From: Thermodesulfobacteriota bacterium
Lineage (GTDB): Bacteria > Desulfobacterota > UBA8473
Assembly (NCBI GenBank): GCA_034190725.1
Contig: JAXHSZ010000434.1
Span: 1 to 39,893 of the forward strand
Length of the DNA stretch: 39,893 nucleotides
Direction: 5' to 3'
Positions 7,443 to 17,408 of the stretch are shown piece by piece (within the stretch, counting starts at the first letter, position 1; every line of letters starts with the position of its first letter). The position numbers and the translations under genes are program-made. The notes below the pieces were generated by a model, which was given only the letters and a program-made list of their open reading frames with translations, did not search any database and was not told the origin of the DNA.

Positions 7443-8609
7443 ATGAGTGTAACAAACTTAGACTATATATCAGCCAATCCACTTTTGCCGGAAGTTCATG
7501 AAGCTATGATCGATGCCATACAGGAAAATTATGGCAATCCTTCCAGCTCCCATCAACTGGGGGATCAAGCCACTGAGGTTTTGGAGCAGGCTCGTGAGAA
7601 CGTGGCTCATCTGATCAATAGTTCAACACCGGAAGAGATTGTATTTACTTCATCCGGAACCGAATCCATAAATCATGCCATAAAGGGTGTAGCCCTGGCT
7701 AATGCAGACAAAGGAAAGCACATCATAACATCCAATATTGAGCATAATGCGGTTTTAAAGTCACTCAGAAGGTTGACAAGGATGGGTTACAGGATAAGTT
7801 CGGTTTCTGTTGATGATTATGGAAGGGTTAATCCGGATGACGTGGCAAAGGCTATAACTGATCAAACTATCCTCGTGACGATTATGCATGGGAATAACGA
7901 GATCGGAACCATTCAGCCAATAAAGGAAATCGCAGAGATTACAAAGGGAAAGGACATCCTCTTTCACTGTGATGGGGTTGCTTCGGTAGGGGTTGTGCCG
8001 ATTGATGTCCAGGATCTGGGTATAGACATGCTCAGTTTTGCAGCCAACCAGTTTAACGGGCCCTCAGGGATGGGTGGTCTTTATGTTCGTAAAGGAGTGA
8101 ACCTGTGGCCTTTGATAGATGGTGGTGCTCAGGAGAACGGGAGAAGAGCGGGCACGGAAAATCTTATCGGTATCGTAGGGATGGGTGTGGCGGCAAATAT
8201 TGCGTTAAAGGAGATGGAATCTCGTGTGACCCATGCAAAAAAATTGAAAGACAAGCTGGTCACGGGACTGAAAGATCAGATAGGGGATACTATAATCAAC
8301 GGTCACCCGGAGTTCTCTCTCCCCAACCTTGTATCAGTGTCCGTCAAATATGTGGAGGGAGAGAGCATCGTTCTGATGTTGGATGAGGAGAATATCACTG
8401 TGTCTACAAGATCTGCCTGCGCATCCGGAGCCCTTCGGGCCTCCCATGTACTTCTTTCAGTGGGAAGAGAATACGCAGATGCCCAGGGAACTCTCGTCAT
8501 AAGCTTCGGGAGAGACACCACGGAGGATGAGATTGATAGATTTCTGAAAGTTTTAAAGGAGTCAGTGGAGACACTGCGAAAGATTTCTCCACTCTATAAA
8601 AAAAATTAA
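7443..8609 (+). CDS. nifS: Cysteine desulfurase (NifS/IscS class, PLP-dependent)
   Basis: GNPSSSH, FTSSGTESINHA, ITSNIEHNAV, SFAANQFNGPSG (PLP Lys region variant), STRSACASG (active-site Cys loop). Immediately follows nifU. Confidence 0.92.
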   Translation: MSVTNLDYISANPLLPEVHEAMIDAIQENYGNPSSSHQLGDQATEVLEQARENVAHLINSSTPEEIVFTSSGTESINHAIKGVALANADKGKHIITSNIEHNAVLKSLRRLTRMGYRISSVSVDDYGRVNPDDVAKAITDQTILVTIMHGNNEIGTIQPIKEIAEITKGKDILFHCDGVASVGVVPIDVQDLGIDMLSFAANQFNGPSGMGGLYVRKGVNLWPLIDGGAQENGRRAGTENLIGIVGMGVAANIALKEMESRVTHAKKLKDKLVTGLKDQIGDTIINGHPEFSLPNLVSVSVKYVEGESIVLMLDEENITVSTRSACASGALRASHVLLSVGREYADAQGTLVISFGRDTTEDEIDRFLKVLKESVETLRKISPLYKKN

Positions 8610-8658
8610 CCGAAGACACTTGCCCAGGAGTCGGAAGCCAAAGGTCGGAAGAGAAAAA

Positions 8659-9444
8659 ATGCATCTCGATATTGAGATGTTGTCCACAGACAGAGGAAGA
8701 TACCTGGATGATCTCTATAAAAAATACAATCGAAGAGATTGTGTTCATCCTGATCCACTGGAGTTTCTTTACGATTACGAAGATCCACACGACCGCGAAA
8801 TAGTCGGTCTCATCTCTTCATCCCTTGCCTATGGAAGGGTTCGGCAAATACACAAGAGTGTGCATTCCATACTTGATCGAATGAAACCATCTCCGTCGAT
8901 CTTCCTGAACAGGGCCTCCCTTGTATCACTCCTCAGTACATTTTCAGAATTCAAGCACAGGTTTACTACCGGTGAAGAAATAGCTTTTTTACTGATTGGT
9001 ATCAAAGGAGTTATTGAGAGGTATGGTTCATTGTATAACTGCTTTATTGCAGGATTGAATGATGATGATACAGTCCTCCCAGCGGTCTCCAGATTTGTGA
9101 AAGAGCTGCATATAGGAAGAAAGGGGAGGTTCAAAAGCCTGATTCCTTCTCCGATAAAAGGCAGTGCATGCAAGCGGCTGAACCTTTTTCTTCGCTGGAT
9201 GGTAAGAAGTGATGGTGTTGATCCGGGAGGATGGGACAGAGTTCCGGCTTCCAAACTTATTGTTCCTCTTGATACTCATATGCACAGAATATCTCTTTTC
9301 ATCAACCTGACGACACGAAAACAGGCTGATATGAGAACTGCTTTGGAGATCACGGATTCCTTTAGAATGATCTCTCCTGATGATCCTGTGAAGTATGACT
9401 TTGCGTTAACGCGCCTTGGGATTCGAAATGGAAAGAATTTATGA
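8659..9444 (+). CDS. TIGR02757/DUF2400-like conserved protein
   Basis: DPLEFLYDY.DP.DREIVGLISSSLAYGRV, KRLNLFLRWMVR, VPLDTHMHRI, KYDFALTRLG resemble that family as I recall it. ATG at 8659 preferred over TTG at 8620; the start is uncertain. Confidence 0.7.
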   Translation: MHLDIEMLSTDRGRYLDDLYKKYNRRDCVHPDPLEFLYDYEDPHDREIVGLISSSLAYGRVRQIHKSVHSILDRMKPSPSIFLNRASLVSLLSTFSEFKHRFTTGEEIAFLLIGIKGVIERYGSLYNCFIAGLNDDDTVLPAVSRFVKELHIGRKGRFKSLIPSPIKGSACKRLNLFLRWMVRSDGVDPGGWDRVPASKLIVPLDTHMHRISLFINLTTRKQADMRTALEITDSFRMISPDDPVKYDFALTRLGIRNGKNL

Positions 9445-9721
9445 GATTTTATTGGTCATATTCTTTTTAGGGGCGTATTCAATTCACGATTCTCATTTTT
9501 AGAGATTATTTCTCCTCCCTCAATCCCTCTCACCAAGGGCGGGAGAACTTCTGACTGAGTATGTTTACTCTCTTCATTCAACTGTATTGCCATAAAAGGG
9601 AAGGGGACTTTATCGAATGTTTTTATAATTTGCACGTCAATATCATTGATGTGACATACAGAAAAAAGGTATGTTAAAGGTTTTCTATTCAGACAGCATA
9701 TTTGGGTGAAAGGAGTTTGAG

Positions 9722-10333
9722 ATGAAATCAATTCCACTTTTAAAGTTTTCTTGGTCTCAATCAACACCAAAGAATCATATGTGTTGGAATTTTTGTAAAA
9801 AACCATGGCAAGTATTGTTTCTGTTTGGGTTACTTTTACTGAGTTATGGTTGTGCAACTATTGAAGAACGAGAGATCATATACGGTACAAACATACCAAT
9901 CATTACTTCCATTTTTGCCAAGGATGAAATAAGAACAGTGGACACCTGGAAAGTTTATCTCAATGCCATTGACGTAGATGGTGATATGAAAATGGTTGTT
10001 TGCTCCATAATGCAAGATGGATACGGCGCTTATCCTGTGGATACGGTAAGGATCAAACCCGAGCGAGGAGGAGAACTTTCCGGTTACTTGTACCTCCCTG
10101 CGCAAAGTTTTCAGGACTTATGGAATGTTCACATCGCATTGTCTCTCCATATCGTCGATAAAGCGGGACACATGAGTAACGAAGAGACCTTACGGTTGAG
10201 TTTTGTTTCAAGAGCATCGGATAGGGAAGTGGACAAAGCACTTTTTCATGATGAACCCATCGGCCCCATAATGATTAACTTAGTCGGTCATGATAGAGGT
10301 GACGGTCCTGATGTGGACATTCAGGTGCGATGA
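9722..10333 (+). CDS. Predicted lipoprotein of unknown function
   Basis: ATG 6 nt after AAAGGAG. Hydrophobic segment VLFLFGLLLLSYGC with a lipobox-like L-S-Y-G-C. No recognisable catalytic motif. Confidence 0.6.
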   Translation: MKSIPLLKFSWSQSTPKNHMCWNFCKKPWQVLFLFGLLLLSYGCATIEEREIIYGTNIPIITSIFAKDEIRTVDTWKVYLNAIDVDGDMKMVVCSIMQDGYGAYPVDTVRIKPERGGELSGYLYLPAQSFQDLWNVHIALSLHIVDKAGHMSNEETLRLSFVSRASDREVDKALFHDEPIGPIMINLVGHDRGDGPDVDIQVR

Positions 10334-10396
10334 GAGGTAGCTGGCAAGCGGTGAACTCGGCTAACTATGCATGTCGAAAAATTTCTTGGAAGATAT

Positions 10397-10465
10397 GAAC
10401 CTCAGGTGTCAAGTGTCAGGTTTCAGATCTTTTAATGCTCACTCATAGCGTCTGAAACCTGAAAT
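10397..10465. repeat. Family-2 heptamer-rich inverted-repeat element, locus b (between convergent genes)
   Basis: CTCAGGTGTCAAGTGTCAGGTTTCAGATC. Perfect 11-bp inverted repeat CAGGTTTCAGA (10417-10427) / TCTGAAACCTG (10451-10461). Confidence 0.7.
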
Positions 10466-10526
10466 AATACAAATAAAGTGTAAAGTGTAAACTGTTATCT
10501 GTGAATATGAAGGCTGCCCAGTAAGA

Positions 10527-13500
10527 CTAAGGATTTGCCGATACTGATGATTGATGAAAAGGCAGGCCTGATTGATATAATTTCATTCTGTTTTTTATTT
10601 GCCTCGCCAACTTCAATCTCCCCAAAGATACTGCGGCCTGCAGGGCTTTCTCCGCCGTGCGGACAGCATTATCAAAGAGGCCGTCTTCTGCATAGGCTGC
10701 GGCTAAAGTATCCAGCATTACCGGCTGTCTATAGAAAGTCTCTCGACATGCCTGTTTTGCCAGTTTCACTGCTTCCCTGGCATCACGAAACTCCGAGTTA
10801 TTATGGGTCGCCAAAAGCCATGCAAGGTTGCTTAGGGCCTCCGGCCAGTATGGTCTCAAGCGTAGGGCTTTTTGATACTGACTGATCGCTTCTTTAACAC
10901 GTCCTGAAACAACCAGGGCAATTGCCATATTAAAGTATATTTCAGGATCATCCGGTTTCATTCGAAGGGCTTCTGAAAAATGGACAATCGCCTCTTGGAA
11001 CTTCCCTTGTCTGCCAAGCGCTACAGCCAGACTCTCATGAGCCATGCCATAATCCGGCTTTATTTGTAATGCTTCCCTATAATGATCAATGGCTTCCTCC
11101 AACCTTCCCACCTCTTTCAGTGCCATTCCTATATTGTGATGGGCTTCCGCAAAGTCGGGTTTTATTCTCAACGCTTCCGCATATTGCTCAATGGCTTGAT
11201 CCAAAAGACCATTTCCATAAGAAAGACTCCCCATCAGAGAGTACAAAAGGGCTCTGTCAGGAGTATTATCGAGTTTGTTCCTCAATGTCGTCATTTGAGC
11301 GGACATGCATATCTGCCTGAACTCAATATCGTTAAAGATTGACAGATCCAATAAATTATTGGCGCAATATGTCTTTACAAGTCTTGAAAAACGCTCTTTT
11401 TGAAACGGTGTTGCCCTCTGAAGATCAACCATGTCATTGAATGGTTGATACAGAGAGAAAGCAAGGTCTGCGAAATCGATCTGAGCATCCACATCCTCTA
11501 TGATCTCCCCGATTATGCTTCTCGTTTTTTCACTGAGCCATTTGCGGAACTGAATATTTCTTTCTATTGCAGGATCGTTCATATACATTTGCTTTGGTGC
11601 GGTAAATTCCAGGCGAGGCATGTTGTCCGAGTTGATCGGTCCGGGGCCGAATAATTTTTGGAGGTCTTCGCTGGCAATATGACCGTAAAGGGATTTGGGA
11701 TTCAACAGAGTAATATTTTTGGATTGTCGAATGAATGGCAGATTCTTTAATGCATTTTCAAGGTTGAGTTCCTTTTCACCTTTCAATCCGATCAGCAGCC
11801 AGTCCCCTCCACCTATATAAGGAGCGGTACGCACCAAGAGACTCTTGGGAAAGACATGGCAGAAAGTGCGTCCCACAAGGGCAAAGGTCTCCCAATCCAT
11901 CTGATATGAATGAATCCACTGGACAAATATTCCATTGTCATTGAGTCTATTTCGAACAAGGCAAAAGAACTCATGAGTGTATAGGTTTGCCAGACCTGCC
12001 ATCCATGGATTGGATGGCTCTGAGATGATCACATCATATCTTCGTTTGGTTAACTGAAGATGCGCTCTTCCGTCCTGAATGATGAGTTCCGTCCGGGGAT
12101 CTTTCAGTACATTGCTGTTCCAGGGATTAAAAAAAGCACTTGCTTGCGCCATCTGCCTATTAATATCAATGACATCCAACCTTTCAATAGGGTAATTGAG
12201 TACCTCACCGGCGGTTATGCCGCTGGCCAACCCCAATACCATGACCTCTTTTGTATTTCGATGAAAGAGCATCCCGAAATGGGCCGAGAGAGTTTGAGTT
12301 GACATGTCGGTCATGGATGAAGCATCGGGTTTCCCACTATTGTACAAGCTGTAGATGGTCTTCCCCAGAGGATCCGTATCCTTGAACACCGTTGTGAAAC
12401 CTCCAATGCCGTCCCCGTAGTATACAAGATCACCGTGCTCGGACTTATCGATAAAACTGGGCCCATTCCAGAGAGCCTTCCACCATGGGATATTCTTTAT
12501 GCTTGAATGGATCCCCATCTCTTGAAAACGATGATATCTCCCTATTGACAGACCGTAGCGATCCCAGTTTGGGAAATGAGAACAGAGAAAGAGTCCAATG
12601 ACGGCTGTTACACCCAGAGGGACCCATTTGGAGAAGACTTCACTTTTTCTCCAGAATACAAAGCTCCCAATTGTCAGAGAAGTGAAAAGTTGTAGGCCGG
12701 CAACTACACTCAAACCATGTTCTTTGCCTATGAAGGGTACGAGGATGAATCCTGCACAGAAAGAGCCCAGAACTGCACCTATTGTATTGACGGAATATGC
12801 AATACCTATTGACCTTCCCACTTTAAGAACAGAACTGGTATATATCTTCCCCACAAGGGGAAGAGTTGCTCCCAGGCAAAGTGTGGGGAGAAACATAAAA
12901 ATGAAGAGTACAGTCGCTTTCAAAAAGGTCATCAGTGCAAAGTCATCTTTGAATTGGTAGATCAATTTTGCAAAGAAGAATTGGGTGTTCCCCAGGGTTT
13001 GACTTACACCCAGTGCAAAGAGAGCAGCAGCAACCTGAGTGCATATAAGAAACCGTATTACATTTCCGAATCTGTCGGCAAGTCTGCCGAAAATCATACT
13101 TCCCAGGGCCAATCCCGCGATAAATGTGGCGAGAACGATTGTAAAAGAATATGTGGTCGGACCGATGATCAATCCCAGAAGCTTTGTCCATATAACCTCA
13201 TAGGACATGGCGCAAAAACCGGAGACTCCATATATCACAAGGGCTCCATAAACTGCTCCTGGATATTCTGAAGGAAGAGGAGTATCGTGGATATCTCTCT
13301 GTGAAGAGTCTTTTGAATCCCTGTCTTCCTTCCAAACGTTCTTTGAAAATATTTTTCCACCATGACTGAGAAAAAGACACGATGCACCGATAATTACATT
13401 GAGGAGTACGGTTGATATCAGAGTAATCCATATGCCCCATATGTTTATGAGAAGAAAGCCGCATAAGAGGGAACCAAGTGCGGCTCCAATGGTATTGAGC

Positions 13501-14060
13501 CCATATAGTCGTCCAACATGGGTGCCCAGATGAGAGAGATGACTCACATAGAAACGACTCAGGATTGGGAGTGTGGCTCCCATACATGCAACAGGGGGGA
13601 TCAAGAGGATTGTGCATCCGATAAAAGTGAGGGAATTATACAGTATGAGATGATCGAAGAGTTGATTATACAAGGCTGCAAAAAAAGGCCTGGATGCAAC
13701 GAGAAGCAAGGGAAGGAGGAGACCGTATCCACCTATGGCAATTTCCAGTATTCCGTATAGCTTAATCAATCTTCGTGGATTTTTAATGCGGTCTATTGTT
13801 CTTCCGGCTAAATAACTTCCCAGCCCCAATCCGCCCATAAAGACCGTCAATACCGCACTGACTGCAAACGGGGCATTGCCGATGACCATTGAAATCATTT
13901 TGGTCCAAAGTATCTCGTAAATCAACCCGGTGAGACCTGAGAGGAAGAAACAGGTAAGGATAAAGGCGGTTATCCATGGGGCAGGATACTTGAAGCCTCC
14001 ATTCTTCTCTCTTGTTCGTTCTTTATCATCCAGGTTTGTTTTGTCTTTGTGTCTCACCAT
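10527..14060 (-). CDS. Fused polytopic membrane domain / spermidine-synthase-like methyltransferase-fold domain / C-terminal TPR repeats (1177 aa)
   Basis: N-terminal ~480 aa of repeated hydrophobic helices (GLIYEILWTKM occurs in two related forms). Central SpeE-like region (VMVLGLASGITAGE, DVIISEPSNPWMAG). C-terminal TPR units (AIEQYAEALRIKPDFAEAHHNIG, AIDHYREALQIKPDYGMAH, and others). Confidence 0.85.
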   Translation of the reverse strand: MVRHKDKTNLDDKERTREKNGGFKYPAPWITAFILTCFFLSGLTGLIYEILWTKMISMVIGNAPFAVSAVLTVFMGGLGLGSYLAGRTIDRIKNPRRLIKLYGILEIAIGGYGLLLPLLLVASRPFFAALYNQLFDHLILYNSLTFIGCTILLIPPVACMGATLPILSRFYVSHLSHLGTHVGRLYGLNTIGAALGSLLCGFLLINIWGIWITLISTVLLNVIIGASCLFLSHGGKIFSKNVWKEDRDSKDSSQRDIHDTPLPSEYPGAVYGALVIYGVSGFCAMSYEVIWTKLLGLIIGPTTYSFTIVLATFIAGLALGSMIFGRLADRFGNVIRFLICTQVAAALFALGVSQTLGNTQFFFAKLIYQFKDDFALMTFLKATVLFIFMFLPTLCLGATLPLVGKIYTSSVLKVGRSIGIAYSVNTIGAVLGSFCAGFILVPFIGKEHGLSVVAGLQLFTSLTIGSFVFWRKSEVFSKWVPLGVTAVIGLFLCSHFPNWDRYGLSIGRYHRFQEMGIHSSIKNIPWWKALWNGPSFIDKSEHGDLVYYGDGIGGFTTVFKDTDPLGKTIYSLYNSGKPDASSMTDMSTQTLSAHFGMLFHRNTKEVMVLGLASGITAGEVLNYPIERLDVIDINRQMAQASAFFNPWNSNVLKDPRTELIIQDGRAHLQLTKRRYDVIISEPSNPWMAGLANLYTHEFFCLVRNRLNDNGIFVQWIHSYQMDWETFALVGRTFCHVFPKSLLVRTAPYIGGGDWLLIGLKGEKELNLENALKNLPFIRQSKNITLLNPKSLYGHIASEDLQKLFGPGPINSDNMPRLEFTAPKQMYMNDPAIERNIQFRKWLSEKTRSIIGEIIEDVDAQIDFADLAFSLYQPFNDMVDLQRATPFQKERFSRLVKTYCANNLLDLSIFNDIEFRQICMSAQMTTLRNKLDNTPDRALLYSLMGSLSYGNGLLDQAIEQYAEALRIKPDFAEAHHNIGMALKEVGRLEEAIDHYREALQIKPDYGMAHESLAVALGRQGKFQEAIVHFSEALRMKPDDPEIYFNMAIALVVSGRVKEAISQYQKALRLRPYWPEALSNLAWLLATHNNSEFRDAREAVKLAKQACRETFYRQPVMLDTLAAAYAEDGLFDNAVRTAEKALQAAVSLGRLKLARQIKNRMKLYQSGLPFHQSSVSANP

Positions 14061-14171
14061 CTTTTCTTATCCGTCATAAGAAATTACTACAGAACAGTCA
14101 TTCCCAGGCTTGCTCACTGATGTTCTTATATGGTGTAATCTCTTCCCATCAAGAGTTCAGAATTGTTTTTT

Positions 14172-14203
14172 AGATTTCAGGTTTCAGTGTTCAGGTTGCA
14201 GGT
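14172..14203. repeat. Family-2 heptamer-rich repeat, locus c
   Basis: AGATTTCAGGTTTCAGTGTTCAGGTTGCAGGT: tandem degenerate GTTTCAG/GTTCAGG units as at the other loci. Confidence 0.6.
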
Positions 14204-14820
14204 ATTTCTTTTCTCACTCCCGAAACTTGTGAGTGATTACAAAGCAAAAGACTTCGTAATTACTCTGCGTTCTCAGACAGAAGGGGACATTTTACTCTGT
14301 CATAGCAGGTTGAGTTTTTCAACCGCCACAGTCATCTTTTGAATGAAAACTCGTTCTGCATATTCAGACAGGATAAAGCCTTTGCGGTATGTGAAAATAT
14401 GGGTGATAAGGACAAGAATACTGGTATAGAGGAATAGTATTGTATACTAGCATGTAGAGTGGATTCTTCAGTGTAGTGTGGCATCAGTGAGAAGAATGAA
14501 ATGCAGGTGAGTTACAGAAGGGAGTGTGCATTGAAAACTCTTTATGAACAACAAGAAAAGAAGAGTATCGGTAGTTACACCAATCGAAAATTCTTCAGCT
14601 TATAAACTTATGATCAAAGATAACGGCATTTCCCATCAGAAAATCAGATTATTTTACAGAGTAATCTATATTGTCAAACCTCCTTTAATTATCCCTCAGG
14701 GTTTCATTGACAGAACTCTCAAATTCTTTATCATCGACCTGATCTGTATATGAAGCTGTGTATCTTAAAACAGTCTGTGGTTCATTTAAAGAGAGAACGA
14801 CTTCAATGTGTAATAATAGA

Positions 14821-14849
14821 AGAGCCCCAGGGAAATCCTCCGGGGCTCT
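14821..14849 (-). terminator. Rho-independent terminator of the outer-membrane protein gene
   Basis: AGAGCCCC...GGGGCTCT perfect 8-bp GC-rich stem, extendable by three further pairs after one mismatch, 38 nt after the stop codon. On the - strand it is followed by UCUAUUAUU. Confidence 0.6.
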
Positions 14850-14886
14850 GAGGTGTTTCAAGAGTCAACAAAAGAAACCGGCAGGC

Positions 14887-16587
14887 TTAGAATGCATACT
14901 TCATAGCCAAAGCGGCTATCCATGCATTATCAGGGTCATGATCATCCGCTAATTTCCAGTAGTCTCCAGCAACAAGGTAATCAAACTCTGCCGTGAGTGT
15001 CAAGGTCTTTGTCATGGCGTACCGGAGTTCCAAGTCAAGCTCATGGCCTATGTCAGTGTCGCGAACATATCTGACACCACCGCCAAGAGTAACTCGGAAA
15101 TTTTCTACATCTTTTTCTAATGTTTGTAAATACCAATATTCAGCATACAATGAAAGCTTCTTGTCGAACGGAACAGTTATCGCAAGATTGGCCATAAATC
15201 TTCCCAGACTGTCTAAACCGGATGCAGTTGGAAAATCAGCATATTCCTCAGTTGTGTTTCCACTCCCTCCCCACCATAGGAGGTTGGGTCCGTCTGTACT
15301 CAAGTTTATGAGAGGCAATCTGGATGGCGGCTCAATAAAAGCAAAACATTCCAGCTTATCATCTGTGGGGTCATCGTCGGCGGAACCATACAGAAGACCG
15401 GCCTTGAGCGTGTAGCTGTTAATGGGCATTGTTGCCTTCCATCTGGCAAAATAGCCGCCGGCATCAATGTCCGGATAACTGTCATTCTGTGAATCCCATT
15501 CACCAAAAGAATATATGGCGTGAAGATTGTTCTTTACTGGTCCTATTTTAAAATCCGTAAATCCACCAAGATAGTATGTGTCAATATTCCATGGTTTGGC
15601 CTGAAGGTTGCCAACCGTTCCCGCGAGAACCGCATCAGGTGAAGCAAAATACAGCATATCCCAGGTTCCCCCTAAGCCGGAACGGGACGTCCATTTCTCT
15701 CTATGATCCATATTATATCCGACATAACCTCCAAAACCTAGTGATTCTTTTTTCTGGCTGTATTCCACATAGAAGAGATTGTGGTCACTGTCACCCTCGC
15801 CCCACACATCAGATGTATGTATATCTCCTTCAACCATCTTTGCCCAAAATGCCTTGATCTTTTGATTTTTGCCGAATTTATAATTGGCCTCTACTCCGGG
15901 CGCCGGGCCTGCAGCGGTCATGAAGACCTGATCATAGCCATATATGGGCTGTTTCCCTACTTTAAAAGACAAGCTGGTATCAGGTACGGTGAAGTCTACA
16001 AAAGCCCACCTTACAGCAACGTTTGTAATAGCATCATCCGCTACCATTCCATTATCTCCAGCCGTGTTGAAGATGGCCTGTACAGCGCTAAAATCAGTGC
16101 CGTCAGTGCCGTATATTCCCATACCGCTGTCACTGTAATCCTTGCCCCACTCATCCCAGCCTACTTCCACCTGAAAGAATCCTTTAACGTTTGTCGACGC
16201 AGCGATACTTAAAAGACGAAACCGCTGGTCCACATAATTAGACTCGTCTTTGGTTCCCACATTAGGATAGAGAGAGTCACTCGCTGCATTAAGAAAATAC
16301 TCTCTCAAAGTTAAACCAGGAGCACCGAGTGAGGCGGCATCGGCATCGGGATCATAGTCAAGTCCCAGTGCAGCCAATTGAACAGTTCCTATTGTGTCTG
16401 CAAGCCAATAATTTATCTCCGGAAAATAACTGTCTCCCCCATCCCACATGTCATGAACATTATCAGATGCTATTGCCTGGACTTCATATTCTCCCTTAAA
16501 GAGCATCATTGCGGCAGAGGCTGTTTGAGGCGCTGTCAAAAACCCAACAAGCGTCAATGCCAAAGCCAGTATCAAGAATTTTTTCAT
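14887..16587 (-). CDS. Predicted beta-barrel outer-membrane protein / porin-like (566 aa)
   Basis: ATG at 16587 follows GGAGG by 9 nt. Signal peptide MKKFLILALALTLVGFLTAPQTASA. Alternating amphipathic strands rich in Y/G/D. C-terminal ...LAMKYAF with terminal Phe, typical of BAM substrates. Family not identified. Confidence 0.8.
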   Translation of the reverse strand: MKKFLILALALTLVGFLTAPQTASAAMMLFKGEYEVQAIASDNVHDMWDGGDSYFPEINYWLADTIGTVQLAALGLDYDPDADAASLGAPGLTLREYFLNAASDSLYPNVGTKDESNYVDQRFRLLSIAASTNVKGFFQVEVGWDEWGKDYSDSGMGIYGTDGTDFSAVQAIFNTAGDNGMVADDAITNVAVRWAFVDFTVPDTSLSFKVGKQPIYGYDQVFMTAAGPAPGVEANYKFGKNQKIKAFWAKMVEGDIHTSDVWGEGDSDHNLFYVEYSQKKESLGFGGYVGYNMDHREKWTSRSGLGGTWDMLYFASPDAVLAGTVGNLQAKPWNIDTYYLGGFTDFKIGPVKNNLHAIYSFGEWDSQNDSYPDIDAGGYFARWKATMPINSYTLKAGLLYGSADDDPTDDKLECFAFIEPPSRLPLINLSTDGPNLLWWGGSGNTTEEYADFPTASGLDSLGRFMANLAITVPFDKKLSLYAEYWYLQTLEKDVENFRVTLGGGVRYVRDTDIGHELDLELRYAMTKTLTLTAEFDYLVAGDYWKLADDHDPDNAWIAALAMKYAF

Positions 16588-17171
16588 TACGTTCACCTCC
16601 AAATTGATAATAGGTTCTTACTCCTTACATCTTCAATTTTTTTACCCCTTGCCAAATCTCTCCCTTTTCTTTGCATCCCCCCTTTCAGTGTTTAGAATTA
16701 CTTCAAAAACTCAGAACTGCTTCTTCAGGGGTGTTGGCCAAAGCCGTTTTTGCTAATGCATCACCCCCTTTTACTATGAATTCGCTAATATCGAGGATAT
16801 CCTGTTCTTGTTCTTTTCTTGAGCCTAAAATACCATTCTCAATAACACCTTTAATATAGCCTTGTCAAGAATTTTTTTTTAAAAATAAGCGTCAGGCCTA
16901 TGTTTATACCCCATAGACAATCAACATTCTACATCCATTATCACCAATTATTGTGGATTGTACGATCCTCGATACAACATATGGAGGTTAAAAAATTTTT
17001 AGACTGCTGTTTTTTATGAGTTATTTTATAGGGTTATGACTCTCTGCATAATAAATCTAAACTACCATTGTTTCTGATCCATACTTTATGATAAGGACAG
17101 ATATTGTAGGCGCTTTTCTTATCACTGATGCTCTTTGTGGTAAAAATGCACCATCACGAATACTCTCATCT

Positions 17172-17340
17172 TGGTTTCAGGTGTCAGGTTTCAGATGTCA
17201 GAAGAGAGAAAGACTAGAAATGCACTCTTCGCTCAGGCATCATAACTTTTTTACGACCTCAAGGTACTCTCCATACATACAGCTCCTAGTTGTAACTGCG
17301 TTGTTTCTTGAACCTGAAACCTGTGAACCTCGAACCCGTA
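17172..17340. repeat. Composite family-2 element: two inverted heptamer-rich arms flanking ~100 bp
   Basis: Left arm TGGTTTCAGGTGTCAGGTTTCAGATGTCAG (17172-17201). Right arm CTTGAACCTGAAACCTGTGAACCTCGAACC (17308-17337) is its imperfect reverse complement. Lies just downstream of the amzA stop. Confidence 0.65.
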
Positions 17341-17408
17341 ACGTTACGTTATGAAAAGTAATTTGCCGGTGCTTTTGATTCGACAGATGACCCCAATTTC
17401 TCTTTCAT

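Noticed and set aside
9456-9857. 133-aa antisense ORF overlapping the lipoprotein gene start
   Set aside because: It has no RBS and junk-like composition. The + strand gene has a strong RBS and a signal/lipobox.
14544-14952. ORFs 14544..14753 and 14758..14952 in the gap downstream of the OMP gene
   Set aside because: They have no RBS. The second runs through the OMP terminator and into the OMP 3' end on the opposite strand.
16703-16864. 53-codon open frame (-) upstream of the OMP gene with a protein-like sequence
   Set aside because: There is no ATG, GTG or TTG near its 5' end, and stop codons lie further upstream in the same frame, so reading through the bounding TGA would not extend it usefully. 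It is at best a gene remnant.
17088-17354. 88-aa ORF across the composite family-2 element
   Set aside because: It is composed of repeat-derived sequence (FQVSGFRCQ…) and has no RBS.
16588-17408. Search for a sigma54 -24/-12 promoter (TGGCAC-N5-TTGCW) near the enhancer-binding protein locus; the search also covered 21631-21800 and 38358-38460
   Set aside because: Only partial matches were seen by eye (for example TTGGCAAGGGGTAAAA at ~16650 on the - strand lacks the -12 GC). There is no convincing site, and a matrix scan would be needed.
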